Source: a virus (taxonomy: Duplodnaviria; Caudoviricetes). Taken from it: a DNA stretch of 64,000 bases. This document shows, piece after piece, positions 1 through 9,922 of this stretch. Below the pieces are notes generated by a model, which was given only the letters and a program-made list of their open reading frames with translations, had not been told where the DNA came from and ran no database searches. Within the stretch, counting starts at the first letter, position 1; each line of letters begins with the position of its first letter. The position numbers and the translations under genes were made by a program. The stretch spans positions 64,001-128,000 of the IMG/VR virus record IMGVR_UViG_3300029305_004606; one strand, written 5' to 3'.

Positions 1-2
1 TC

Positions 3-656
3 ACAGCTTTAGGTAAATCTAACTTGAGAGATTTGTGCTCTATGTCTAAATATGAATTAGTAAACATATTGGGAGAAGCAGACGGTAATAATATGGCAGA
101 AGTTATTTGTAATCTTTTGACAGTAAAACAAAGAGATTATGTTATTATGGGAGCTTTAGGTTTTACTTCTATTGCTAGAAAGAAATGGGAAGATATTTTG
201 AGACATGTAACATTGAAAGAATTACATGATACTTATCAAAATCTTCTTGATGCTGGCTGTTCTATGGATGAGATATTTGGAAAGTTTTCCTATTATCTTA
301 GATCTAAGATTCCTAATCTTGGAGAGATTACAGAATATACTATTGTCAAAGAATTTCCATATTTCTTTGCAGATATTAAATTCATTGTAGAGAATATACC
401 TTTAGAAAATTCTTATGGTATCGATAATAGTGGTAGAATTCAAGTAAGATTCACAGGATTTAGAAATTCACAACTAGTAGAACAGTTAATTACTGCGGGA
501 TATGACGCAGGAGATGGTTCAATTACAAAGAATACTAATATTCTATTAATTCCTTATACCGGTTTTACTAGCAGTAAAGTAACGAAAGCTGCAAAGATTC
601 CTAATATTATGATAATGACTGAACAGGAGTTCAGAGAGAGATTTAATATCTATTAA
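3..656 (+). CDS. NAD-dependent DNA ligase, C-terminal part with BRCT domain (5' truncated by window)
   Basis: Frame is open to the window start; C-terminal RFTGFRNSQL...AGY...SITKNTNILL...SSKVTKA...IMTEQEF matches the BRCT pattern of LigA C-termini. Confidence 0.7.
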   Translation, partial: TALGKSNLRDLCSMSKYELVNILGEADGNNMAEVICNLLTVKQRDYVIMGALGFTSIARKKWEDILRHVTLKELHDTYQNLLDAGCSMDEIFGKFSYYLRSKIPNLGEITEYTIVKEFPYFFADIKFIVENIPLENSYGIDNSGRIQVRFTGFRNSQLVEQLITAGYDAGDGSITKNTNILLIPYTGFTSSKVTKAAKIPNIMIMTEQEFRERFNIY

Positions 657-691
657 GAGATTAATTCCCTATAAAGTAAGCTGAAACTTGG

Positions 692-704
692 TTATATATT
701 ATAA
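692..704 (+). promoter_or_regulatory. Putative early promoter motif TTATATATTATAA (first of about 13 copies)
   Basis: Same 13-mer or a close variant upstream of genes/units at 692, 17416, 19514, 25970, 26824, 31064, 40120, 41338, 55675, 55855, 61122, 62714, 62863; core resembles the phiKZ early promoter TATATTAC. Confidence 0.7.
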
Positions 705-756
705 TCAAGATAGCATAGATATCTATTTAAAAATTAATCCTAGGAGGACAAGAACA

Positions 757-1356
757 ATGAAATTATTCGAAACAACTTTACCTCAGATGTATTCTAAGGC
801 ACTTTTTGAGGAGAAATGCTTTGATCTCGCACCCGAGCACACTGATAAGATGTTTGATACTCTGTTTACCGGAACAGCTAACTTACTTAAGTCTATCAAG
901 AGTCTGGAGAAGCCTGTAGCTTTTGCTATCAGAGAGCTTAATGGAAACCTTGTTGCAGCTGCTATTTGTCAGTATTTCAAGAATGATGATGCTAGTAAGC
1001 CTGGTAACTTCTCTCTGGTTTGGACTTTTGATGAAGCTGATATTCCTGCAGATGCTCTGGTTACATCTCTTGATGATACTAAGACACATTCATTCTTCAT
1101 TGCTGCAGCCGGCAGTAAGTATGGTATCAAGTTTAAGGATGCGAGCTGTGTTGTTAACACATTAAGCTATACAGTTTCTCAGTTAAAGAAGTGGTTGGAT
1201 GAGAATGCTAAAGAAGGATCAATTGTATCCGTAGAACAGGAAGGAATCTTCCAGGGTAGAGTTGAGGTTCAGAATGGTGTTAAGGTATTCGCTATTGAAC
1301 CTCACGGTGAGATCAAGAACCTTATTAAAGATGATGCTGCTATCGAAGAAAGATAA
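757..1356 (+). CDS. Hypothetical protein
   Basis: AGGAGG before ATG 757; long ORF downstream of promoter motif. Confidence 0.8.
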   Translation: MKLFETTLPQMYSKALFEEKCFDLAPEHTDKMFDTLFTGTANLLKSIKSLEKPVAFAIRELNGNLVAAAICQYFKNDDASKPGNFSLVWTFDEADIPADALVTSLDDTKTHSFFIAAAGSKYGIKFKDASCVVNTLSYTVSQLKKWLDENAKEGSIVSVEQEGIFQGRVEVQNGVKVFAIEPHGEIKNLIKDDAAIEER

Positions 1357-1537
1357 GATTATGCTATCAATATAGTGATTGACCAATGATGATACAACCA
1401 AGGTTATCACAGGTATCTATTCAAATTATTATGCTATCGTTTTGAGTAGATTCCTTGTGGTACTTTGGTTGTATCTAGGTCAATTACAACTTTCGAAAAA
1501 CGATTTTGATAATTCTTTTTTGACAGGAGATGCTAAA

Positions 1538-2284
1538 ATGATGATGATGAGTACTTTACCTCCTCTTAATATCTCTGTAACAAAAGCACCTGTAAATGGT
1601 CAAACTTTTGATATTATTGATTATGAGGAATATAGAGAACATTTTGATGCTTATAGTGGAAGATCAGATGTAGCTATTGCTGTAGACCATAGAGGAAGAC
1701 AAATGATGCTTCCGTTTAGAGGAAGTTATAACGGATCTACTACTCCTGGAGTTTATAATGCAGGATGTATTGATTTTATTGTAAAACCGGAAGAAGGTTT
1801 CGCCGACAGATATATTCCGGATCCTGAATCTATTATCTGTTTATCAAATACAGATACCATTAGAGATTTGATCATTAAAGAAGACAGCGTAAAAAAGCTG
1901 GACGAACCTTTCATTACAACGCCCGATAATATAACAAATATTCCGATCAATCCTAATGATCAACCTGAAATGGTTTGTTTAAAGAAAGCATTAAATGCTA
2001 AGAAAATTGATATCGACAAATATGCTGGTAGATTTGGGGATAATTTTCCAAATGATAAAAGACAGCTTAAAAGTAAAGGTGCAACTCTTAATATCATTAA
2101 GAGATATTGTAAGAATTGTGATATGGAAGCTTTACTTATTCTGAGAGATGCTTCTCCAGATGTTGCTAATCCAATGAACACAGAAGTCTGTGTATCTTTA
2201 ACTTCATTGGTAGAAGAAGACGAAATGGACATAAATTCAATTCCATCATATGAGTCTGATGAAGACGATTATGATGAGGATTAA
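1538..2284 (+). CDS. Hypothetical protein with acidic C-terminal tail
   Basis: AGGAG before ATG 1538; ends ESDEDDYDED. Confidence 0.75.
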   Translation: MMMMSTLPPLNISVTKAPVNGQTFDIIDYEEYREHFDAYSGRSDVAIAVDHRGRQMMLPFRGSYNGSTTPGVYNAGCIDFIVKPEEGFADRYIPDPESIICLSNTDTIRDLIIKEDSVKKLDEPFITTPDNITNIPINPNDQPEMVCLKKALNAKKIDIDKYAGRFGDNFPNDKRQLKSKGATLNIIKRYCKNCDMEALLILRDASPDVANPMNTEVCVSLTSLVEEDEMDINSIPSYESDEDDYDED

Positions 2285-2345
2285 AATTTTTATTCTTTAG
2301 ACTTTTTGTAATAATATATTATTACAATTTTAGGAGGCAGAAATA

Positions 2346-4157
2346 ATGTTTATAGACCAGGCTCAGTTTATGAGACAATTCAATGAAACTCACAGAGAAG
2401 AATTCAATCCTGAGTTATTTGAAAGAAATAATGAAGAGATTGTTGAAGCTATAAAGTCTGTTGTTATGTCATGTCAAAGAGACAAGTATTATACATTAAA
2501 ACTTTTAAGCTTCAAAGCTATCTATAAATATGAAGAGATTTATAACACTCTTAGAGATCATGAAGCTAAACGTAAGAGAAAGAACTCTAAGATTGATAAT
2601 ATCTATGATTTTATCAATATTAGAGATACAGATATGATTCTGATTAAGTTAGAATGGTTAGTAAGACACAATGGTGTTGAAAGAATTGAAGAAGATAATA
2701 AGACTATGGAAGTGGTAAACCCTGAACAGATTTTGGAAGTATTAATTGCAGTTCCTAGATTCGTTAGAAAATACTATTTCCGCTTGTCAGGAAACTTTTA
2801 TACAACCATCTTCCAGATTGTTGACGGTTCTACTTATAACAACTCTACTGCTAGCCAGAGTAAGGTTGATACTGTAACTATGAAGACAATGTTCATGCCT
2901 ATCCGTATCTTTAGAGGTTTCAATACAATGGTAGATAAAAATACTAATAAAGCTGTTAATGCTATTGAGTATCAATCTATTATCTTTAATAATGTAGTGA
3001 ATGTATTGTATTATATCCTTGCAGCTTATGGTATGTATGGTGCTATGAATTTCATGGAGATCAATTGTATTTCAATTACTCCTCATCAGTTTAATCATCC
3101 GGATTATTATTCATTCTGCAAAAATGATTCAATCTATATTAATTGTCCTAAGGTTTGTTTTGACAATGATGCAGTTGTGCAGAGTTTTGTTGCAACAATT
3201 TATGATGGAATTTCGAAGGATGTAACTGATCCTAATATGTTGTTTGATCAGAGATATTGGTTAAGAAATCTGGGTATTATTTTCAAACAGGCTACTGTAG
3301 AAAAAGGTTTATTTGTATTGGATTCTGTTGATGGAATCTATGATAATATTACCTTAAACGATTTACATCTTCCTATGAGAGATAAAGAGAATATCTATTG
3401 TGTACTTAGATGGCTCATTAGAGAATTTTCTAATCTTCGTTCAAAAGAAAATGTAGATGTAACTACAAAACGTATCCGTATTGCTGACTATATTGCAGCT
3501 GTATATGCTACAAAGTTAAACAAAGGTATTCATCGTATTTCAGATATGGGTAGCAAGGTTACTTTAAAGAAAGTTATTCAGGCTATATATACACAACCTA
3601 TGTATGTAATGAATAATATCTCTACAATGAGCAACTTGGTATCATATAGAGATTTGGTTAACGATTTGGATTCACTTACAGCTTTAAAATATACCTATAA
3701 AGGTATTTCAGGTCTTGGTGAGGATGGAGCTAGTATTCAGCCTATATATCGTTATGTAGATCCATCTCATGTTGGTATTCTTGATCTGGATGCTTCGTCT
3801 GCATCAGACCCGGGTATGTCTGGTATGATTTGTCCTATGACAAAATTATATGGTAATGATAGTTCGTTCTCTAATTATATGGAACCTAATGCTTGGAGAG
3901 AGAATTACAAACCATTTGCCGATGCTTATATGAATGGAGCCACTTCGCCTATTGTATTTGATAGACCACCAGAACAGCCTGACTATATGGCTCAAAGAGA
4001 ACAGATTGTTCAGGAAGAACTCGATATCAACAGAATTATTTGTCCTATTCAGAATATTAAGGATCCGAATATTCTGTATACTTGTTCACAGGCTATTATC
4101 GATCAGGATAATAGAAATGAACCGAAGTCTATCTTTACAATTAAAGATGAAAACTAA
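2346..4157 (+). CDS. Phage multisubunit RNA polymerase, beta subunit N-terminal half
   Basis: YFRLSGNFYTTIFQI resembles RpoB FIINGxERVxVSQL; YRYVDPSHVGILDLDASSASDPGMSG resembles [24 protein letters not shown]; the C-terminal beta motifs are absent. Confidence 0.85.
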   Translation: MFIDQAQFMRQFNETHREEFNPELFERNNEEIVEAIKSVVMSCQRDKYYTLKLLSFKAIYKYEEIYNTLRDHEAKRKRKNSKIDNIYDFINIRDTDMILIKLEWLVRHNGVERIEEDNKTMEVVNPEQILEVLIAVPRFVRKYYFRLSGNFYTTIFQIVDGSTYNNSTASQSKVDTVTMKTMFMPIRIFRGFNTMVDKNTNKAVNAIEYQSIIFNNVVNVLYYILAAYGMYGAMNFMEINCISITPHQFNHPDYYSFCKNDSIYINCPKVCFDNDAVVQSFVATIYDGISKDVTDPNMLFDQRYWLRNLGIIFKQATVEKGLFVLDSVDGIYDNITLNDLHLPMRDKENIYCVLRWLIREFSNLRSKENVDVTTKRIRIADYIAAVYATKLNKGIHRISDMGSKVTLKKVIQAIYTQPMYVMNNISTMSNLVSYRDLVNDLDSLTALKYTYKGISGLGEDGASIQPIYRYVDPSHVGILDLDASSASDPGMSGMICPMTKLYGNDSSFSNYMEPNAWRENYKPFADAYMNGATSPIVFDRPPEQPDYMAQREQIVQEELDINRIICPIQNIKDPNILYTCSQAIIDQDNRNEPKSIFTIKDEN

Positions 4158-4170
4158 AGGAGATTAAGAT

Positions 4171-4410
4171 ATGGTTTACTTCTTACATTCAGATGAACAA
4201 ATCAAAGAGAAAAATAAAATCCTGGCGAACTGTGGAAAGCAGTTCGTGCCAGGAACAGTTACAGTACAAGGTAAAAGATCTACTTTTACTCAGATTTCTA
4301 ATAACCCTAATATTGATAGATTTATCGATACAAAGGTTATTGCAAGTTTCAATAATATTGATGAGGCTACTTATATAGCTCCTACAACAACAGCTATCAG
4401 AGGTGATTAA
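4171..4410 (+). CDS. Hypothetical protein
   Basis: AAGGAG SD, 79-aa ORF in operon. Confidence 0.7.
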   Translation: MVYFLHSDEQIKEKNKILANCGKQFVPGTVTVQGKRSTFTQISNNPNIDRFIDTKVIASFNNIDEATYIAPTTTAIRGD

Positions 4411-4411
4411 A

Positions 4412-5167
4412 ATGAGAAATTTGATTAATCTATATTATAATGCTATTAGTAATAAAGCATTTGAAGGTATTAGATTGGTAAGAGAATTTTTCACAAAAGA
4501 CGGAGACATGTCCAGTTTCAGAAAACTGCGTTCATCTAATATAAGTTTACAAGAAAAAGTTATTTTAACAAGTCTTGACGAAAAATTGAAAATATCTGAA
4601 GAAGATTATGTTCATAATGGATATCTTGCATCTAATGGAGATAGATATATTTTTGTAGATAATCTCGATTTCACTTCAATTTTGTGCACTAAATTTCAGA
4701 CAGTAACAAAACAACCAAATGGAACTAATTTTATTTCAGATATATCTATATTCTTTATCAGTCGTAATTTGTTGAAAAACTGTGATGATAAGCAGGTAAT
4801 TTATACTTGTTATAAAATTGCTCAATGGTATTTCAAGATCTCATTAACGGATATAAATAATAGTCCAATAGCAATATCCGCTTATAGATCAGGATCAGAA
4901 AATATTTTTGACAAAAGAGATATATATGGTAGAGATGATAAGATTTTTTACGTGAATTATCTTATTACTATGATTATGATTTTAGACGTTATGTTTAATT
5001 TCAAATTCAATGATATTATGTTATTTATAGAATCTATATTTACATCTTGTCCATTTTGGTTATCAACAGAAGCTTTTAAAGGTATTTTTGAATATGCTAT
5101 TAATGAGCAACCTGACGATTCAGACTATGTTTTGATATTTAGAGAAATATTTAAAGAGAATAAATAA
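4412..5167 (+). CDS. Hypothetical protein
   Basis: GAGGTG SD before ATG 4412. Confidence 0.7.
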   Translation: MRNLINLYYNAISNKAFEGIRLVREFFTKDGDMSSFRKLRSSNISLQEKVILTSLDEKLKISEEDYVHNGYLASNGDRYIFVDNLDFTSILCTKFQTVTKQPNGTNFISDISIFFISRNLLKNCDDKQVIYTCYKIAQWYFKISLTDINNSPIAISAYRSGSENIFDKRDIYGRDDKIFYVNYLITMIMILDVMFNFKFNDIMLFIESIFTSCPFWLSTEAFKGIFEYAINEQPDDSDYVLIFREIFKENK

Positions 5168-5174
5168 ATTATAT

Positions 5175-5202
5175 GCTAGAAGAGGGGTAACTCTCTTCTA
5201 GC
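5175..5202 (+). terminator. Hairpin / intrinsic terminator
   Basis: GCTAGAAGAG...CTCTTCTAGC followed by TATTATTT. Confidence 0.6.
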
Positions 5203-5226
5203 TATTATTTATAGGAGGAATAAATC

Positions 5227-5556
5227 ATGTTAGGAATTGATATGAATATAAAATTGGATGTAAAGAGAGTTACCTCACCTATATATTTTCAACACAGAAA
5301 TGAATGTGTAAGGTGCGGAGCTAAAGGTAAACTCGTTTTTATAGATAGATTTGGAAGAGAATGTACAAGAGAAGTTAATGCGTTAGAGCATATTAAATGT
5401 ACAAACTGTGGTAAGTTATATTCTATTCTTTGGGAACCTAAAGAAGGGACTGATAAGTTAATGCCTTCTCCGATTGATACAAGTATTTCAGTTGATTTTA
5501 TGAATCTGGTTAGATTTAATAAACTTAAAAAAGATGGAGAGAATATTCTTTGTTAA
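5227..5556 (+). CDS. Zinc-ribbon protein
   Basis: CVRCG...CTNCG pair; AGGAGG SD. Confidence 0.7.
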   Translation: MLGIDMNIKLDVKRVTSPIYFQHRNECVRCGAKGKLVFIDRFGRECTREVNALEHIKCTNCGKLYSILWEPKEGTDKLMPSPIDTSISVDFMNLVRFNKLKKDGENILC

Positions 5557-5609
5557 TTACCATCCCTGAAACTTAGTAGTAATATTGAAAACTAAGAGGT
5601 GTAAGAATT

Positions 5610-8282
5610 ATGAAATATTTGCAGGCTACATTTAAGAACTATATAGGTTTTTATAATGGAATGGGTTTGTATGAAGTTAGTATAGATTTCAGAAAATGTA
5701 CTCATAATATCATTCTTATTACTGGTAAGAATGGTTCTGGAAAATCAACATTAATGAATCATCTTAATCCGTTTCCTGATGGTAGCAATTCTTTTATCCC
5801 TGGAAAGACAGCAGAAAAATGTCTTGTATTATTTGATAATGGTGACACATATACAATACAAATTATTTCTCCTGCTGATTTAAAAGGTAGAAAAACTACT
5901 AAAGCTTATATACAAAAGAATGGTGTTGAATTAAATGAAAATGGAAATGTATCATCTTATAAAGATATAGTATTTAACGAATTTGAATTGGATTCTAATT
6001 ATGTTTCTCTTTCTAGATTAAGTAATTCTGATAGAGGATTGGGAGATAAAACACCATCTGAAAGAAAAAGATTTGCTTCTAATATTATAGATAATCTTGA
6101 GATATATAATAATATCTACAAGACTCTTAATAAGAAAAGCTTAATATATAAATCTCATACCAATACTATTCACACTAAGATTCAAAATATTGGCAATGCT
6201 GAGAATTTAAAATCTAGATTGAAGATGCTTCAGGCTAGAGAAGGAGAATTGAATAGAGATATTATGGTTACTAATAATACTATAGTTTCTATAGAAGCTA
6301 AAAATAGTATTGATGAAGATGAAGCTATAAAAATTAAAGCTATCACTGATAAAGAAGCAGAATTATCTGCTCAAGTAGCTATAGTAGAAACTCAAGTTAA
6401 TTCTCATTATCATAGAACTAAAATTAAACCCGAAGATATTAGCAATCAACAAGAGACTGATAAAGCTTTATTAGAATCATATAGATTACAATTATCTCAG
6501 GCTACTGATAAATGGAGAACTGAAAGTCAAAGGTTGAGAGAAACTGATGAAAGTATAGCTTCATTGAGAGCTGAATTAGATTGTAATATAACAGAAACAG
6601 ATATTGTAGATAGATATAATAAATCTCAATCTATTATAGATGAAATTGTTGCAGAATTAAGACAGATGAATATTCCTCTCGATACAGATGTAATGGAGCT
6701 TGAAAGAATAATATCATTCTGTGAAAGATTCTCAGTTGCAATAGACAAATTCAATGATGGTTTAACTCCGAGAGATTTAGAATATATTATTAAAGAATTT
6801 GATTCTATATCTGTGAGAGATATGTTACAGTCTCAGGATATGTTGATCAGTGAAATTGATGCTAATAAACAACAATTAGCAGAAACACAAGGTAAATTAA
6901 AACTTTTAGCTACTCTTGAGGATAGACCAAAAGAATGTAAAATTGATACTTGTCCTTTTATTGCTAATGCTGTTCTGGTAAAGAATGAATTACAAGGAGA
7001 TATTGTAGAAACTTTATCTTTAATTCAGGATACAAATCTTGGATTATCGGAGAAAGTTACAGAAATTCAATCACAGATTGATTATCACAATACAATGTCT
7101 TACAAGAAGCTCGAATTAGATACAATTAGAAGAGAAATTTCGGAAATAAGTTTTATTCTAAAGAAATATTATCCTCAGTTTGTAGAAAATTTTGAAATTA
7201 TGGTTCTTAATATGAATACATTTGGATTCATTCGAGAACATAAAAAAGTTACAGATGTAGCAAATCTATTGAGAATTTTTGCTGCAGAAAAACAACAAAA
7301 TCAGTTGCTGGAATTGGAGTATAGAAATTATAGAGAAAAAGTTCAGTTATTAAATTCCTCTAGAAATATGCTCAATAAATTAGAAAAATCTCAAGCAGAG
7401 TTAATTGAAACTATTGCTAAAGCTAAATCTGATATGGATAGCTATTCTTCTACAGTTATAAGCCTTGAAACTAAGGTTAATAACGAAACAGAATATCTTG
7501 CAGTTTATCTAAGGTACGAAAAATTGTTAGAAGAATATATTGTTGTAAAAGATCAGGTTGAAGAATTTAAAAAGAAATCTTCAAAAGCTTTGGAAGCGTT
7601 ATCTTCTATAACTGCATTGAGAGACAAAATTAATGTTTTATCTGCAGAATTAGAACCTCTGATGAGGGAAATCAATACTATCTCGGGTCAGCTTACTTTG
7701 TTAGATTCATATTACGAAGAATATGCTAAGTATAAACAGAGTTACGATATGATAGAAACACTCAAAAAATACTGTTCCCCTACTTCCGGTGGTATTCAAA
7801 CATTATTCATGCAACTTTATATGAGCAAGACAAAGGATATTGCTAATAGTATTCTTTCAATGTTGTTTAATGGCTCATATAGACTTGAAGATTTTATTAT
7901 CAATGAGAATGAATTTAGAATACCATTTATTGGTGAAGGATTACCTGTAGATGATATTAGTTCTGGATCTGGTGCTCAGATTGCTATGATGGGGATGATT
8001 ATCAATCTGGTATTATTACATCAGGCATCTACTAGATTTAATATTGCTCAATTAGATGAAGTTACAGCAGCTTTAGATTCTTACAATAATTCACTCTTTA
8101 CAAATATCATGTTTTATTGTATGCAGATCTTAAATATAGAACAGTTATTCTTAATTTCTCATTCTACAGAAACTGATAATTCTTATGCTGATATTATTAA
8201 GCTTAAGGGATATGAAAACTACGAGTCAAGTATTCAATCAGGTAATGTAATTTGGGATTTTGACGAAATAATAAAGCAGTAA
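5610..8282 (+). CDS. SbcC/Rad50-like SMC ATPase
   Basis: Walker A GKNGSGKS, long coiled coils, central CKIDTCPF hook, signature-like SSGSGAQ, Walker B LDE, ISH loop. Confidence 0.9.
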   Translation: MKYLQATFKNYIGFYNGMGLYEVSIDFRKCTHNIILITGKNGSGKSTLMNHLNPFPDGSNSFIPGKTAEKCLVLFDNGDTYTIQIISPADLKGRKTTKAYIQKNGVELNENGNVSSYKDIVFNEFELDSNYVSLSRLSNSDRGLGDKTPSERKRFASNIIDNLEIYNNIYKTLNKKSLIYKSHTNTIHTKIQNIGNAENLKSRLKMLQAREGELNRDIMVTNNTIVSIEAKNSIDEDEAIKIKAITDKEAELSAQVAIVETQVNSHYHRTKIKPEDISNQQETDKALLESYRLQLSQATDKWRTESQRLRETDESIASLRAELDCNITETDIVDRYNKSQSIIDEIVAELRQMNIPLDTDVMELERIISFCERFSVAIDKFNDGLTPRDLEYIIKEFDSISVRDMLQSQDMLISEIDANKQQLAETQGKLKLLATLEDRPKECKIDTCPFIANAVLVKNELQGDIVETLSLIQDTNLGLSEKVTEIQSQIDYHNTMSYKKLELDTIRREISEISFILKKYYPQFVENFEIMVLNMNTFGFIREHKKVTDVANLLRIFAAEKQQNQLLELEYRNYREKVQLLNSSRNMLNKLEKSQAELIETIAKAKSDMDSYSSTVISLETKVNNETEYLAVYLRYEKLLEEYIVVKDQVEEFKKKSSKALEALSSITALRDKINVLSAELEPLMREINTISGQLTLLDSYYEEYAKYKQSYDMIETLKKYCSPTSGGIQTLFMQLYMSKTKDIANSILSMLFNGSYRLEDFIINENEFRIPFIGEGLPVDDISSGSGAQIAMMGMIINLVLLHQASTRFNIAQLDEVTAALDSYNNSLFTNIMFYCMQILNIEQLFLISHSTETDNSYADIIKLKGYENYESSIQSGNVIWDFDEIIKQ

Positions 8283-8330
8283 AACCACTATATATTAATC
8301 TAAAACTAGATTAGAAAAGGAGGTTTTGTT

Positions 8331-8591
8331 ATGAGATCTAGAGAAGAAATTGTTAAAGAGATTGAAACTCTTGAAGAAAAATACAAGAAATCAAGAAATG
8401 TTGTAGAGAAAGCAAGATTTACTGCTCAGATTAAAGAACTCAATGTTGAACTTGCAGCAATTGGTGTTAACCATGAGCAAAAAATAGTATATCAGAACGA
8501 TGCACCTTCCGTTGCTGATCACAAAAATACCAGAAAGTTATCCAGAGGAGATATTGCTAATGCCGGATCAGCTTTCGTCGGTATTATCTAA
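8331..8591 (+). CDS. Hypothetical coiled-coil protein
   Basis: AAGGAGG SD; own promoter-like motif at 8286. Confidence 0.7.
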   Translation: MRSREEIVKEIETLEEKYKKSRNVVEKARFTAQIKELNVELAAIGVNHEQKIVYQNDAPSVADHKNTRKLSRGDIANAGSAFVGII

Positions 8592-8603
8592 AACTAAAAA
8601 GTA

Positions 8604-8632
8604 ATCCCAAGGGTTGTTGAAACCCTTGGGAT
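8604..8632. terminator. Bidirectional terminator between convergent genes
   Basis: ATCCCAAGGGTT...AACCCTTGGGAT flanked by A- and T-runs. Confidence 0.75.
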
Positions 8633-8646
8633 CTTTATTTTTACTT

Positions 8647-9768
8647 TTAATACTGAGAAACAATATTATCATTAAGAACAATGATAGGAAAAGTTTCATT
8701 CAGGTTAATATTCTTTGCAATCTTTGTCTTAAGATCAAGAGTTGTATCTTCCATAAACATCTGATCATAAACAGGAACATTAGGAATTGCTTCTCCTGTT
8801 CTTACATTCATAACTTGGAAGAATTTTGCACCGGAAGCTGCATCATATACAACAACTTGTTTAACATCAGGATTACCTTCATATCTCATCATGTTCTGTT
8901 CAGGTGTCATATTAGCAACATAATTAAGATATCCAGCATCCATAATAGGCTGACCAGGATTGCTAACCATATCAGGAGTAAGATTTGCTCTTACAATACC
9001 AGAACCCATTATAGCAGGATCAATCATAGGCATCTGATACTGAGGTGCTGAATTATTAGGATTCTGAATAAATGCCTGATAAATATCAGAAATATATTTA
9101 TCATCATTCATGGTAGCTTGAGCTGCTTCGATATCCTTACGTTTCTTGTAATCCATATCATTGGCTTTTGTAATACAGTTATTGATTTCTTTGATTGCAG
9201 AAATTCTGTTACCAATCATAGCACCAATATTTTCAGATAATCCTGTTAATATACCATATTTATTCTTCAGAGTTCTATTATGACGAACCGCATTGAACTC
9301 TTGAACAAGTTCCCCATTTACAGCATCAATCTGTCTTAATGTTTCGTGTAACAAATTATTTGTTTCTCCATAACTGTAAATGGTGCCTGCTTCAACAAGT
9401 TCTGTTCCATTTACAACTTCAGCATCAGCTTTTACAATAGCTGTCTGTTGTTTAGTAGCAGGAAGACTAGAACCGCCTCTTTTTCTTCTCTTCTTCTCTT
9501 CTGCTTCCATATCAGAAATATTATCGACTTTGATTTTCATTGAATCATCTTCGATTTTAAATAAAGATGTCTTAGTTTCTCCCATAGTAATTGCAGGAGT
9601 TTCAAAGACTCTAGGATCTACAGCAGGTTTGTGTTGTACAACCTGAGGTGCCTGCTGACCATAACCATATGGATTTTGATTCATAGCAAACTGAGGTTGC
9701 TGATAAGGATCAATTCCAATTCCATTACCATAACCTACAGGCATCATACCATTGTTCATATATTGCAT
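8647..9768 (-). CDS. Hypothetical protein with Q/Y/G/P/M-rich low-complexity N-terminus and coiled coil
   Basis: GGAGG SD on minus strand; promoter-like CACA-N6-TAAT at 9844-9831. Confidence 0.8.
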   Translation of the reverse strand: MQYMNNGMMPVGYGNGIGIDPYQQPQFAMNQNPYGYGQQAPQVVQHKPAVDPRVFETPAITMGETKTSLFKIEDDSMKIKVDNISDMEAEEKKRRKRGGSSLPATKQQTAIVKADAEVVNGTELVEAGTIYSYGETNNLLHETLRQIDAVNGELVQEFNAVRHNRTLKNKYGILTGLSENIGAMIGNRISAIKEINNCITKANDMDYKKRKDIEAAQATMNDDKYISDIYQAFIQNPNNSAPQYQMPMIDPAIMGSGIVRANLTPDMVSNPGQPIMDAGYLNYVANMTPEQNMMRYEGNPDVKQVVVYDAASGAKFFQVMNVRTGEAIPNVPVYDQMFMEDTTLDLKTKIAKNINLNETFPIIVLNDNIVSQY

Positions 9769-9871
9769 GTATTTGTCCTCCTTTTCTTTAAAATAGTAGC
9801 AAATATATTACGTTTCATTCAATATGATATATTAACAAAATGTGCAGGTATTGGAAATCTATCGATAGAAA

Positions 9872-9885
9872 AACATCAGATTAAT
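9872..9885 (+). promoter_or_regulatory. Putative middle/late promoter NAC[A/T]-N6-TA (example AACA-TCAGAT-TAAT)
   Basis: Recurs at + 5570, 8286, 9872, 16545, 19958, 20500, 22620, 26777, 39355, 48110, 49558, 57490, 57752, 62322, 62491 and - 9844, 16474, 18169, 49542; matches the AR9 late promoter consensus AACA-N6-TA. Confidence 0.6.
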
Positions 9886-9922
9886 CAATAATATTAATAA
9901 ATATAGAAAGGATTTAAGCATT

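Noticed and set aside
1379-1537. N-terminal TM segment predicted for ORF 1379
   Set aside because: Artefact of over-extended TTG start; SD supports ATG 1538
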